Source of the DNA: Longimicrobiales bacterium | Lineage (GTDB): Bacteria; Gemmatimonadota; Gemmatimonadetes; Longimicrobiales; Gaopeijiaceae | Reading direction: 5' to 3' | Length of the DNA: 64,000 bases | NCBI GenBank assembly: GCA_965249725.1 | Contig: CBDFMQ010000002.1 | Location: 2,080,001 to 2,144,000, forward strand | Part shown: in pieces, positions 29,582-38,659 of the stretch | Numbering within the stretch: the first letter of the stretch is position 1 | Layout of the letters: every line of letters begins with the position of its first letter | Position numbers and translations under genes: made by a program | The notes under the pieces: model-generated | What the model was told of the DNA's origin: nothing | Database searches by the model: none | What the model saw: only the letters and a program-made list of their open reading frames with translations

Positions 29582-30079
29582 ATGTACAAACCTATCCTTC
29601 TGGCACTCACTGCCGTTGCGCTGCTATCGGGAGCGGCGGAAGCCCAGCTTCGCTCAGTCGAGCAGTCGATCTATGGGATGGACTGAAGTGTCTGCGCCCA
29701 CGCCGTGAGCGTGGCAGTGAAGAAGCTCGACGGGGTCGAGAGTGCAGACGTCAGCCTGAACGAGGGTCGTGTCAGCGTACAGTTCTCTTCCGAGAACGGG
29801 GTGACAATCGACCAGCTTCGCCGAACGATCCGGGATCAGGGCTTCTCACCGAGGGACGCGATGCTGACCCTGTCGGCGGTGATCGAGATGCGTGACGGGG
29901 CACTCGTCGCGGTGGTTCCTGGCTCCGGAGCGGCCTACACGCTAACGGCCGAAGAGTCGATCCGCTCTCGGCTGACGAGCGCCACCGGTGGCACGGTCAT
30001 CGTCCGGGGACGCGTGGAGGCGGACGAGAACGATGAGACTCCCACCTCACTAGCCGTAACCCTTGTGGGTGGTGGGTGA
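29582..30079 (+). CDS. Secreted HMA-domain (MerP/CopZ-like) protein, predicted selenoprotein (GMD-U-SV-C), 165 aa
   Basis: AAGGAG RBS, ATG 29582, signal peptide (AEA|Q); in-frame TGA at 29684-29686 at the first Cys of GMxCxxC; continues AVKKLDGVESADVSLNEG...IRDQGF plus a C-terminal beta domain. Confidence 0.85.
29692..29717 (+). promoter_or_regulatory. Candidate bacterial SECIS element
   Basis: CCACGC-CGTGA-GCGTGG hairpin, extendable by CTG/CAG; loop starts 18 nt after the TGA with G at loop position 2. Confidence 0.6.
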
Positions 30080-30095
30080 TGGCAGAAGGTCTCCC

Positions 30096-30491
30096 ATGAG
30101 AATCGGTGAGTTGGCTCGGCAGGCTGGGGTGACGCCCGATGCGCTTCGCTTTTACGAGCGCTCCGGGCTCATCTCACCGCCTCCTCGCACCCCGGGTGGA
30201 TACCGGAACTACGGGGCCGTCGTCCTTGAGGACCTGAGCTTCATTCGTAAGGGACAGGCCCTTGGCCTCCGCCTCGCAGAGATCCGTGAGGTGATGGCGA
30301 TGACGGCGGACGGGCAGGTGCCTTGCGCACATGTGCGCTCAGCGGTCGTGGCTCGGCTCGAGGAAGTGGAGCGCCGGATCTCCGAGCTTCGGGCGCTACG
30401 CACGGCGTTGAAGAGTGCGTTGACCCGTCTCGACACGACGGGTCTCTCGGCGCCGGGGTGTCGCTGCGCCGCGATCGAGGGGCTCGACTAG
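30096..30491 (+). CDS. Heavy-metal-responsive MerR family regulator
   Basis: MRIGELA..LRFYER..GYRNY HTH; Cys in VPCAHV and C-terminal CRC. Confidence 0.92.
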   Translation: MRIGELARQAGVTPDALRFYERSGLISPPPRTPGGYRNYGAVVLEDLSFIRKGQALGLRLAEIREVMAMTADGQVPCAHVRSAVVARLEEVERRISELRALRTALKSALTRLDTTGLSAPGCRCAAIEGLD

Positions 30492-30539
30492 GAGCACACC
30501 CAACCAGTTGCGACTCGACTGACTCTGACGCGGCCGGCC

Positions 30540-30571
30540 TTGACCCTGTACTACGCCACAGGGTTTACTCT
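30540..30571 (+). promoter_or_regulatory. Second MerR-family promoter (CadR/MerR-like dyad)
   Basis: TTGACC-20 bp-TACTCT with ACCCTGT-N8-ACAGGGT; ATG follows at 30577. Confidence 0.85.
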
Positions 30572-30576
30572 TGTAT

Positions 30577-31166
30577 ATGACCAAGACCGAAACGCTCACG
30601 ATCGGTCAGCTGGCGGCTTCGGCCGGTGTGGGACGCGAGACGATCCGGTACTACGAGCGGAAGAGCCTCCTCGAGGAGCCTCCGCGTTCGGCTGCTGGAT
30701 ACCGCCACTATCCTCCCGATGTCCCTCGGCGGCTCCGCTTCATCTGTCGCGCGCAGGAGTTGGGATTCACGCTGGCCGAGATCTCGGGCCTCCTCGATCT
30801 GCGCGTGGACGAAGTCTCCGCGTATGCCGCGGTGGAGACGAGGGCGCGCGAGAAGCTGGAGGTTGCTGTGAAGGAATCGATGAAGGCCACGGTATCGGGC
30901 GTCGGCGGTGTCTTGGCAGCGACAGGGTCCGCGCTGTGCTGCGCCGGACCGGTGGTGGCTGTGAGCTTGGGCGTTTCGGGTGCCGGACTGTCGGCTTTCG
31001 AGCCTTTCAGGCCCTACTTCCTCGGTGCGACCGCCGCCTTTCTCGCGACCGCGCCGAGGGGTTCGTCACGTTCGATACAACCATGACATCGGTGGCCGAG
31101 ATCGTAGCTGAGTTGAGACGGATGACGGCCTTCAGCGCGACCGAGCGACCGGATTCAGGAGGCTGA
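30577..31166 (+). pseudogene. Decayed merR-merT-HMA unit, three genes or domains fused by deletions
   Basis: MerR N-part (30577-~30862), MerT N-part with ALCCAGP..FEPFRPYF (30868-~31045), HMA C-tail DRAEGFVTFD... in another frame (31047-31166). Confidence 0.8.
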
Positions 31167-31168
31167 AG

Positions 31169-31453
31169 ATGAATACCCCACGCATCGAGCTGGTCTACTT
31201 CGAGGGCTGCCCGAACGCTTCGCAGGCAAGGGAGAACATTCGGGCCGCCGTTGAAGCCTCCGGAAGGCCGCTCGAGTGGTCCGAGTGGGACCTTATGGCG
31301 GAGTCAACGCCCGAAGACCTCCAGCGCTACGGTTCGCCCACAGTGTTGATCGACGGTCAGGATGTAACTGGAGAAGGCACCGGCGCGGTCGCGATGGCCT
31401 GCCGGGCCGACGGAGCCCCTTCGGTCGCCTTGATCGCAGAGAGACTACAGTAA
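31169..31453 (+). CDS. Thioredoxin-like small protein of the type found in mer clusters
   Basis: IELVYFEGCPN, YGSPTVLIDGQD, MACR; GGAGG RBS. Confidence 0.75.
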   Translation: MNTPRIELVYFEGCPNASQARENIRAAVEASGRPLEWSEWDLMAESTPEDLQRYGSPTVLIDGQDVTGEGTGAVAMACRADGAPSVALIAERLQ

Positions 31454-31737
31454 CCGTCGTCGAGTTCGGAGCCCTGAGTGACTCAGGCCAAGAGGATGGT
31501 AAGTCATCAAGAACGCCCTAACTCGCGAGTTGCCCCGGGTCGGACCCCTCGATGCCCACGGGCCCGGGCGCGATAGTTAGCCTGGTAGACGTGAGTTCGG
31601 CAATGCGGTTCGCCTAATCGCGCCGCTAGTAGGACGGAGGACTCGGAGGCCAGCCCTTGTCCTTGCATGATCAGGATCGCAACGTCGTTGGTTGCTACAG
31701 GATCTCTCCCATCGATCTGAAACCCGAGGGCAAGCCC

Positions 31738-32205
31738 ATGAATATCCAGCGATGCCGAAGCGTGTGGACGCTGGGCGCTGTGTTGATTACTGCCCTCGCC
31801 GGCGACGCCGGGGCGGCGATGCAACAGAGTCCCAAGGATGAGGTAGCCTCGGTGGTCGGCGCCTTTCATGTGGCTCTCGCGGCAGGCGATTCGGTCGCCG
31901 CGCTGACCCACCTGGCCGATGACGTGGTCATCCTGGAGGGCGGTGCGGTCGAGGACAAGGAGCACTACCGCTCCGGACACCTGGCCGGGGACATGCGCTT
32001 CGCTCAGGCCGTGCCCCGAGAGCGTAGCGAAATCGAAGTCCGCCTCATCGGTGATGTCGCGTGGGCTCATTCGACCAGCATAACCCAGGGCCAAATGGGC
32101 GACCGTGAGATCAATTCGCAGGGTGCTGAGCTCGCCGTGTTAACCCGAGAGGGTGGGACTTGGCGGATCAAGGCCATTCACTGGTCATCCCGACAGCGAC
32201 GGTAA
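31738..32205 (+). CDS. Secreted NTF2-like (SnoaL/DUF4440) protein
   Basis: Signal peptide; FHVALAAGD, YRSGHLAGD, WRIKAIHWSSR. Confidence 0.8.
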   Translation: MNIQRCRSVWTLGAVLITALAGDAGAAMQQSPKDEVASVVGAFHVALAAGDSVAALTHLADDVVILEGGAVEDKEHYRSGHLAGDMRFAQAVPRERSEIEVRLIGDVAWAHSTSITQGQMGDREINSQGAELAVLTREGGTWRIKAIHWSSRQRR

Positions 32206-32381
32206 CCTGTTTGCGGGAGCACAGTGTGGATGGGTCAAGGCGGGTCCATGGGCCCCGGAGTGCCTCCTGGATGGACGCCCATGGACGGTAGTGGCCGTAC
32301 AGGCGGGGGCGTCTAGAGATTTTGAACGCACCCCGAGGGCCTGCGCGGTCACCTCGACGTCGCCCTCTCACGGACAAGCCC

Positions 32382-35318
32382 CTACTCGTCCGGGATCGGC
32401 CTCTCCTCACCCGTAGCCAGGTTGCGATGATGCATGATCGTATTGAACACGAGGCCATACGACCCCAGCGTCTCACTGCGCCAGAACGGATTGAAGCTGA
32501 ACATGATCACGTGTCCATCGCCGAGGGATACGTCCAGGAGTGCCGGGGCGCCGGCCAGGGTCTCGCCATTGCGAAGGCCACCGCTGATCAGGAGATCTTC
32601 AACGTCACGGCTGTACCGCATGACGGTGCGAACGCGATTCGTGGCCGTGGAACCACCACCCTCGTCGTCTCCCTGCTCGGCCCTGAACGCTTCGACTCCG
32701 GCCTCACCCAGGTCACCGCGACGCCCCTGGACCACATCGGCCTCGTCCGCGCCTCCACGACCCGTGCGCCGAGTGGTCGTGCTCCCCGGTCCGCCCAGAT
32801 CCTCGGGCTCGCTGAAGCCGAATCCGCCGAAGCCGCCACGGCCGCCCCCTCCCACCTGGAAGATGGGAGCGGTGTTGAAGTACACACCCAGATCGTCACC
32901 GTAGCCGTAGGTGATCGGACTGTCGGGGTCGGCCACCTGAGCTCTGAAGACGCCACCCCGAGCCCAGAGGTCGGGTGTCGTGCGAATGGTCACTCCCTGC
33001 GCCAACCCGAAGTGCGTGGGCAGAGACGAACTCGAGGAGAGCGTCACGAAGACACCGCCGGCCTCCACGAACGACTTCAGATTGACGACACCATCGAGAC
33101 CGAGGCCGCCCCGCATGTCCTCCGTCGAGTCCTGCCGCCCGATGTTCGGGGTGAGCGAGGACGCCTTCCACGGAATCGGCTCATCGCCGCTGAGTCCCTC
33201 GATGATGCTGAGAGCGTTGGCACTCGAGGGACCGAAGAGTATCACGTCATAGCGATCCCGCAGGTTCGGATCGTCCCGCACTGTGTGTACGGATATGTAC
33301 TCGTACGGGACTCCGAACTGGTCGAGCCCCAACCTCAGCCAGCCCTCGCTTTGCGTCGTCGTCCAGGTATGCATCACCGCCACCCGCGGCGTCTCGACGC
33401 TGTGGGTCGCCACGTCGGGCCGGGCGTCCACACCGTACGCGACGAAGCCGTGCTCTCGTGCGGCCATCTCGATCGCGCGGCCCAAACGCTCGTTGCCCTC
33501 GGCCCGGATGATGAACGACCCGGCGTTGAAGTCTCGGTCACCTGAGGTGAACGCACGCTCCGCGGCCTCGACCGAGATGTCGGGGTTGGCGAAGCGGAAG
33601 GCCGTGAGGTTGTTGTCGGCGTTGTAGTTGACGAGGTAGTAGCTGGGACTGCGGTCACCCTCCACACCCCCGGGCGCCACGATGGCCTTCTCCGCCAGGG
33701 TCATCGGGACATCCAGGATCGAGGTGTCCTCTACGCGTTCGGTCAGGACGTTGTGGAGCGGGCCGTGCGTCCAACCCACGTCATCGTACGGCCTCGGATC
33801 GTTGGGGTTGTAGTACTGCTTGTCGAGTATCATGTCCGCGCCCCGCGAAAAGGGCTGATCCATGCGCACCAGGTAGGTCCCCTCTGCGTATTCCGCCTCG
33901 CCCACCTCGAAGTCCGAGTCGGCCCGGTGCACCTCGAAGCCGTGCTGCTGAAGCAGAGAGAGCAGCCTCGCCTGCTGACCGGGTCGGGGATCGTCGGCCG
34001 GGAATACATAGGCGGCGGGGCCCTCGGCCGTGGCTTTGGCCACGGAACGGAGGGACTTCCGCCAGAAGTTGGAGACGAATTCCTGGCGGTTGTTGGCTAC
34101 TTCGTTGAGAGCGATCAGAATCGCGCTCTGCTGGAGATTGACGTTGTTTCGAATGGACCACACGACCTCGGACAACGGCGTGTTGGGCCGGTGCCACTCC
34201 CGTTGGACGTCGGCCTGGATGACCCGGGTCTCTCCGCTGCCCGCACCCTGCGTCTCGTAGAAGCGCCCCATGCCGTTGTGAAGGTGTGCCACGAACATCA
34301 TGTAGTTGGGGGCCCATCCATCGTAGAAGTCGTGCGTATAGACCCCGGGCACCCCCAGAGCCGTCATCTCCTCGACCTCCTTGTAGGCGAGGCGGTTCCA
34401 CTCGTTGATCACGATGGGGTCGACCCAAGCGTTGTAGGGCCCCCGGCCGGTAGACGTGTAGAGGTGGGACGCCGACTCGTGAAGGTCATGGAAGACGAGC
34501 GGGCGATACTCGAGAAACGTCTTCACGACAGACTTCGAGAGCGCCAGCGAGAGCCCCATCCCGTCACGGTTGTTGTCGTGAGCCACGTACTCACCCCAGT
34601 AGAGCGGACGCGTGGGCAGGTTGGCATCGGGGTCCTTGCGGGGGCCCATATGTAGGTCCACGACCTTGGCCCGGCCGTCCACTTCGATGACCGGCGTCGT
34701 CAGGAAGATCAGGTTGTCACGAATGTCCCGAACGAAGTCGGACTCGTCCACGGCCAGGCGGTAGACGAGCTCCATGAGCATCTCGGGCGATCCGGTTTCC
34801 GGCGAATGGATGGCCCCGGTGGCCCAATACATCGGCACCGTCGACGAGATGAGCCGCTCTGCGTCCGCCTGGCTCGTGATGCGTGGGTCACCGAGCTTTG
34901 CGATGTCGGCCTTGTGCGTTTCCAGATTCCGGATGTTCTCCTCGCTGGATGCCACGACGAGGATGAGCTCCCTGCCCTCTTCGGTACGCCCGATCGTGTG
35001 CACCTCGACACGGGGCGAGGCGTCCGCGACCGCCCTCATGTACCGGTAGACCTCCTCCGGATAGCTGAGCACATCCGCCGCCCCGGCGATATGACCCAGG
35101 ACGTCGAGTGGAGTCGGCACGGTCACGGACTCCGGCAGATGATCCACGTGGGGAGTGGAGAAAAACTCCTCGGTCGTGAATTCGCGGATCTTGGCCGTGT
35201 ACTCCTCGTCGATCGACTGCTGGGCAGCGGCGACGCCCGGGAGGATCTGAAGAGTGAAGAGAACCGAGAACGTCACCCACAGCGGGCGCATCGACCGATC
35301 TATCCTCGACGACAGCAT
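32382..35318 (-). CDS. M14 family zinc carboxypeptidase
   Basis: IGRTEEGR, IHSPE, HDNNRD, HDLHE; C-terminal GATase-like region. Confidence 0.9.
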   Translation of the reverse strand: MLSSRIDRSMRPLWVTFSVLFTLQILPGVAAAQQSIDEEYTAKIREFTTEEFFSTPHVDHLPESVTVPTPLDVLGHIAGAADVLSYPEEVYRYMRAVADASPRVEVHTIGRTEEGRELILVVASSEENIRNLETHKADIAKLGDPRITSQADAERLISSTVPMYWATGAIHSPETGSPEMLMELVYRLAVDESDFVRDIRDNLIFLTTPVIEVDGRAKVVDLHMGPRKDPDANLPTRPLYWGEYVAHDNNRDGMGLSLALSKSVVKTFLEYRPLVFHDLHESASHLYTSTGRGPYNAWVDPIVINEWNRLAYKEVEEMTALGVPGVYTHDFYDGWAPNYMMFVAHLHNGMGRFYETQGAGSGETRVIQADVQREWHRPNTPLSEVVWSIRNNVNLQQSAILIALNEVANNRQEFVSNFWRKSLRSVAKATAEGPAAYVFPADDPRPGQQARLLSLLQQHGFEVHRADSDFEVGEAEYAEGTYLVRMDQPFSRGADMILDKQYYNPNDPRPYDDVGWTHGPLHNVLTERVEDTSILDVPMTLAEKAIVAPGGVEGDRSPSYYLVNYNADNNLTAFRFANPDISVEAAERAFTSGDRDFNAGSFIIRAEGNERLGRAIEMAAREHGFVAYGVDARPDVATHSVETPRVAVMHTWTTTQSEGWLRLGLDQFGVPYEYISVHTVRDDPNLRDRYDVILFGPSSANALSIIEGLSGDEPIPWKASSLTPNIGRQDSTEDMRGGLGLDGVVNLKSFVEAGGVFVTLSSSSSLPTHFGLAQGVTIRTTPDLWARGGVFRAQVADPDSPITYGYGDDLGVYFNTAPIFQVGGGGRGGFGGFGFSEPEDLGGPGSTTTRRTGRGGADEADVVQGRRGDLGEAGVEAFRAEQGDDEGGGSTATNRVRTVMRYSRDVEDLLISGGLRNGETLAGAPALLDVSLGDGHVIMFSFNPFWRSETLGSYGLVFNTIMHHRNLATGEERPIPDE

Positions 35319-35542
35319 ATTGAACTCCTTAATTGGGCAAGCGACGGCGTCGTTTGGCCACCTTTGGCCCGGCGGATCTTAGAGGGAACGCGCGAGGCGC
35401 TTCCCCAGCTCGCAAGGTCGATAAAATAGCACGCGGAGCGGGGGCAGACACGGGGGGCGGGGCGCCCCTAATGCCGGAGTGTCGACGACGATGTCGACGC
35501 GTGGCGGCGAAACGTCGCCGAAGGGTGGGGGTGGCCGTCGCC

Positions 35543-35572
35543 GAAGGGTGGCGGCTAGCGCCGCCACCCTTC
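35543..35572 (-). terminator. Perfect 13-bp hairpin after the lipoprotein gene
   Basis: GAAGGGTGGCGGC-TAGC-GCCGCCACCCTTC; CGTCGCCGAAGGGTGG also repeated at 35513 and 35536. Confidence 0.6.
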
Positions 35573-35585
35573 AGACATCAGGCGC

Positions 35586-36494
35586 CTATCGGATCGATGC
35601 CGTTCCAGCGGGCAGCGAACCGGCGTTGTTCCCGAGCTCGTAGGTCGTGTGATCCACAGCGTCGGTCGGGATCGTGCCGACGAGCGGTTTCAGCGTGAAG
35701 GGCGCGGCATCGTCGTCGGGAGACGGCTCGATCGAAATGACCGCTGTGCCGCTGGCGAGGTCGGTGGGAAACGTCAGGCCCGCGGGGGCGTTTACCAGGT
35801 AGTCCTCACCAGGGAAAGGCGGACCGTCCATGGTTCCGCTGAACGGATCGCTGTCATCAACGACATCCACCGCGATGAAGGTCCCCGAGGTCACCGGGGT
35901 GCCGCCCGTGACCACCCAACCCTCGTACTTCCAGCCCGCCGGGAGCGTGGGCAGTGTCAGTCCCACGGCCGGCGCTCCAGAGGCGAGGCTCAGAAACCAG
36001 ATCCCGCTGTTCTCATCGGTGTCGGCGCCGTTCGTCGGTGTGGCCAGAATGTAGTCTCCCGCCGCCGTCGTGAAGTCGCTCCCGAGAGCGGACGCATGCC
36101 CTACCGAGAGCGTCGCCGATGCGTTCGCCACGGTGCCTGCCGCGATGTGCGTGTCGGCCGGAACCGCGTCCGTATCCCCCGACGGCTCGACCGTAAGGAC
36201 GATGGCAGAGGCGGCTGACAGATCCACGCCTGTAACGAAGTCCCCGCCCGGAATGCTGGCACCGGACGTAGTGATGAGGCCCCCGCCTGAATCGAGGTTG
36301 AACTTACCGGTGGACACCGGCGCTCCGGCGATGATCGCCCAGCCCTCGTAGTGGAAGCCGTTCTGCAGCGGGTCGAATCCCGTCAGCGTCAGCCGAAGCG
36401 TCTCCGTCAGGGGTGCGGTAGGGTCGTCATCGCTGCAGGCGGTACCCAAGCACACCGTCAGTGCCAAGACGCCGGTCAACATGAGTCTCTTCAT
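35586..36494 (-). CDS. Lipoprotein with internal duplication (family often annotated anti-sigma factor-like)
   Basis: Lipobox TAC; two repeats of YEGW...PVS(T)G.F...DL...V(L/I)(T/S)(V/I)EP. Confidence 0.75.
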   Translation of the reverse strand: MKRLMLTGVLALTVCLGTACSDDDPTAPLTETLRLTLTGFDPLQNGFHYEGWAIIAGAPVSTGKFNLDSGGGLITTSGASIPGGDFVTGVDLSAASAIVLTVEPSGDTDAVPADTHIAAGTVANASATLSVGHASALGSDFTTAAGDYILATPTNGADTDENSGIWFLSLASGAPAVGLTLPTLPAGWKYEGWVVTGGTPVTSGTFIAVDVVDDSDPFSGTMDGPPFPGEDYLVNAPAGLTFPTDLASGTAVISIEPSPDDDAAPFTLKPLVGTIPTDAVDHTTYELGNNAGSLPAGTASIR

Positions 36495-36901
36495 CGATCT
36501 CTCCTCGTAGGGGAGTGCATCTCGCTGGTTAGGTCACGCAGACCGCGTGACGAGCAACGAATGCCACTCCTTGCACGAGGCATGCTCACCCCTGGGCTGG
36601 GGGCCAGAAGAGGCAGTTTCCCTAGCCAGGAGGCCGATTCTCCTCGGCCCTCGACGCTCCCGTCGGCTCCGCTCATGCGTTCCACGAAACAGCCCTGCCA
36701 CGTTCCATGGCCTGCCACTGAAACGGTCCGCACTCGGCCGAAACCCCCGAAACGCCCGGAATCACGGGATCTGTAGGCAAGGAACGGTTCGTGCATCAGG
36801 AGCCCTGGAGTCAAACCGGCTCCGGTACTCGGCCTTGGCGGTCACACCGACGATCCATTAGCGTGAATCCAGGCCGAGATCCCGGCCAAAGGAGTAGATC
36901 C

Positions 36902-38659
36902 GTGACGCTACAGCGTTCACTCATGGCCCTGGTGGCCCTCGCCCTCTTCGCGGGGCTCTTCCCTCTGGCTCTGGTCCTCGACCGGCGGCTCGAGTCCGCC
37001 CTGGAGCAGAAGGCTCGTGAAGACCTGGAACTGGCCCCGCTCGTTCTGGAGAGCCGGGTCGCGGACCTGGCAGGCGGCCGGATGATGCACGCCAAGGAAC
37101 TGGGGGTAACGCCCGGCCTAGCCGTCGCGCTCGCGAACAGCGACAACGACCGGGCTCGGAGTTTGCTCCGAGACGCGCCGGGTTACCCGGGTGAGCGTCC
37201 CCTCCTCGTAGGAGCGGAGGGCCAGTCGTTACTCGGACCGCTACCCCCCGGCTCTTTGGTCGACCAGACCCGAGATGGCGGCATGCCGGTACGTGTGATC
37301 TTGCTCGGAGACAGCTTGCTCGCCACGGTCGCCCTCGCCCCCGTCATGCACGACGGCAGCTGGGCTGGAAGCGCGGGTATCTGGACACCCATCGACATGG
37401 ATGAGTCCGCGCATCTGGCGGCACTGACTCGGACCAACGTCTTGATCTCGTTCGGGCCGGGCACGTTGGGTCCCTACTCGGGTCAGGGCGAGGCGGCCAT
37501 GGGCCTCCAGGCGGCGCTGGTCGATCGTGGCTCGCCGGAGAACGAAGTGGTCGAGCTCGAGTGGGAGGGTGCCCGGCACCTACTTCGCAGCGCCCTCATG
37601 GATGAGGCCAAGGTGACCTTCGTGCGGAATCTGGACGACGAGATGGCCATCGTCCCTGAGCTCCGACGGGCCGGCCTGATGCTCTTGATGGCCGCCCTCG
37701 CGTTCGCGCTGGTGGTGGGCGGCGGCTTCGCCACCCGGCTCGCACGGCCCATCACAGCCTTGGCGGCGGCGGCAGATCGGGTTGCTGCCGGTGATTTCGA
37801 GACACCGGTGCCCGGCTCCGCCATCCAGGAGGTGGAGCAGGTCAGAGAGGCGTTCGACGTGATGCGCGTCGCCCTGGCGGAACGCTTGGAGGAACTCAAG
37901 GTCGCGAATCGGGAACTCGCCGACGGTCAGGCCCGCCTCGGCGCGCTCCAGGGCGAGTTGATCCAACGGGACCGACTGGCAGCCGCCGGACGGCTCCTGA
38001 CCCAGCTCGCCCACGAGATACGCAATCCTGTGGCCAACGTGCGCAACTGCCTGGAGATCCTCCGCCGCCGAGTCCACACCGATCCTGAGGCCCGGGACTT
38101 CGCCGACATGGCCATCGATGAGCTCCTGCGTATGCACGAGCTGGCCGAGCAGATGCTCGACCTACACAGGCCGCGTGATCCCACCGAAACGGAATGCGAC
38201 GCCGCCACGGTGGCGAGAGAGGTGGCCTCGCTGATGAGGGTGGGACTACGAGACCAGGATATCGAGGTCTCCGTGACGGCCGAGGAGTCCGCCGAAGCGG
38301 CCCTGCCGCCCGATACACTCAAGCAGATCCTCCTGAACGTCACGCAGAACGCATGCGAAGCGATGCGCACGGCCGGAGATGTGCATCTCGACGTGCATCG
38401 GGAACCCCAAGCCGTCGTTGTGGAGGTCCAGGATACCGGACCGGGCATCCAGGCTGAGGTTCTGCCTCACATCTTCGATCCGTTCTTCACGACCAAGGCA
38501 TCCGTGGACGGCGTGGGCCTCGGTCTGTTCACGGCGGAGGGCCTTCTGCGGGGCGCCGGTGGTCGTATGACGGCGCGGAACCGCGATGACGGTACCGGAG
38601 CAATCTTCAGAATCGAGCTTCCCGCCGTGGCGACGGCAGAAGCCGAGGCGGGGGCCTGA
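36902..38659 (+). CDS. HAMP-domain sensor histidine kinase
   Basis: AHEIRNP, NVTQNA, DTGPGI, FDPFFTTK, GLGL; two TM helices. Confidence 0.93.
   Translation: MTLQRSLMALVALALFAGLFPLALVLDRRLESALEQKAREDLELAPLVLESRVADLAGGRMMHAKELGVTPGLAVALANSDNDRARSLLRDAPGYPGERPLLVGAEGQSLLGPLPPGSLVDQTRDGGMPVRVILLGDSLLATVALAPVMHDGSWAGSAGIWTPIDMDESAHLAALTRTNVLISFGPGTLGPYSGQGEAAMGLQAALVDRGSPENEVVELEWEGARHLLRSALMDEAKVTFVRNLDDEMAIVPELRRAGLMLLMAALAFALVVGGGFATRLARPITALAAAADRVAAGDFETPVPGSAIQEVEQVREAFDVMRVALAERLEELKVANRELADGQARLGALQGELIQRDRLAAAGRLLTQLAHEIRNPVANVRNCLEILRRRVHTDPEARDFADMAIDELLRMHELAEQMLDLHRPRDPTETECDAATVAREVASLMRVGLRDQDIEVSVTAEESAEAALPPDTLKQILLNVTQNACEAMRTAGDVHLDVHREPQAVVVEVQDTGPGIQAEVLPHIFDPFFTTKASVDGVGLGLFTAEGLLRGAGGRMTARNRDDGTGAIFRIELPAVATAEAEAGA

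Noticed and set aside
29705..30079. ORF-track call of a 124-aa protein starting at GTG 29705
   Set aside because: Starts after the metal-binding motif and has no RBS; the real RBS, ATG and signal peptide are upstream in frame across the TGA.
31169..31453. Organomercurial lyase merB
   Set aside because: Too short, with thioredoxin-like motifs rather than the MerB fold.
27750..32300. Metal island as a transposon or integrative element
   Set aside because: No integrase, transposase, terminal repeats or tRNA target seen.
36553..36567. TGGCATTCGTTGCT on the minus strand as a sigma-54 promoter
   Set aside because: GG-to-GC spacing is 8 nt rather than the required 10.
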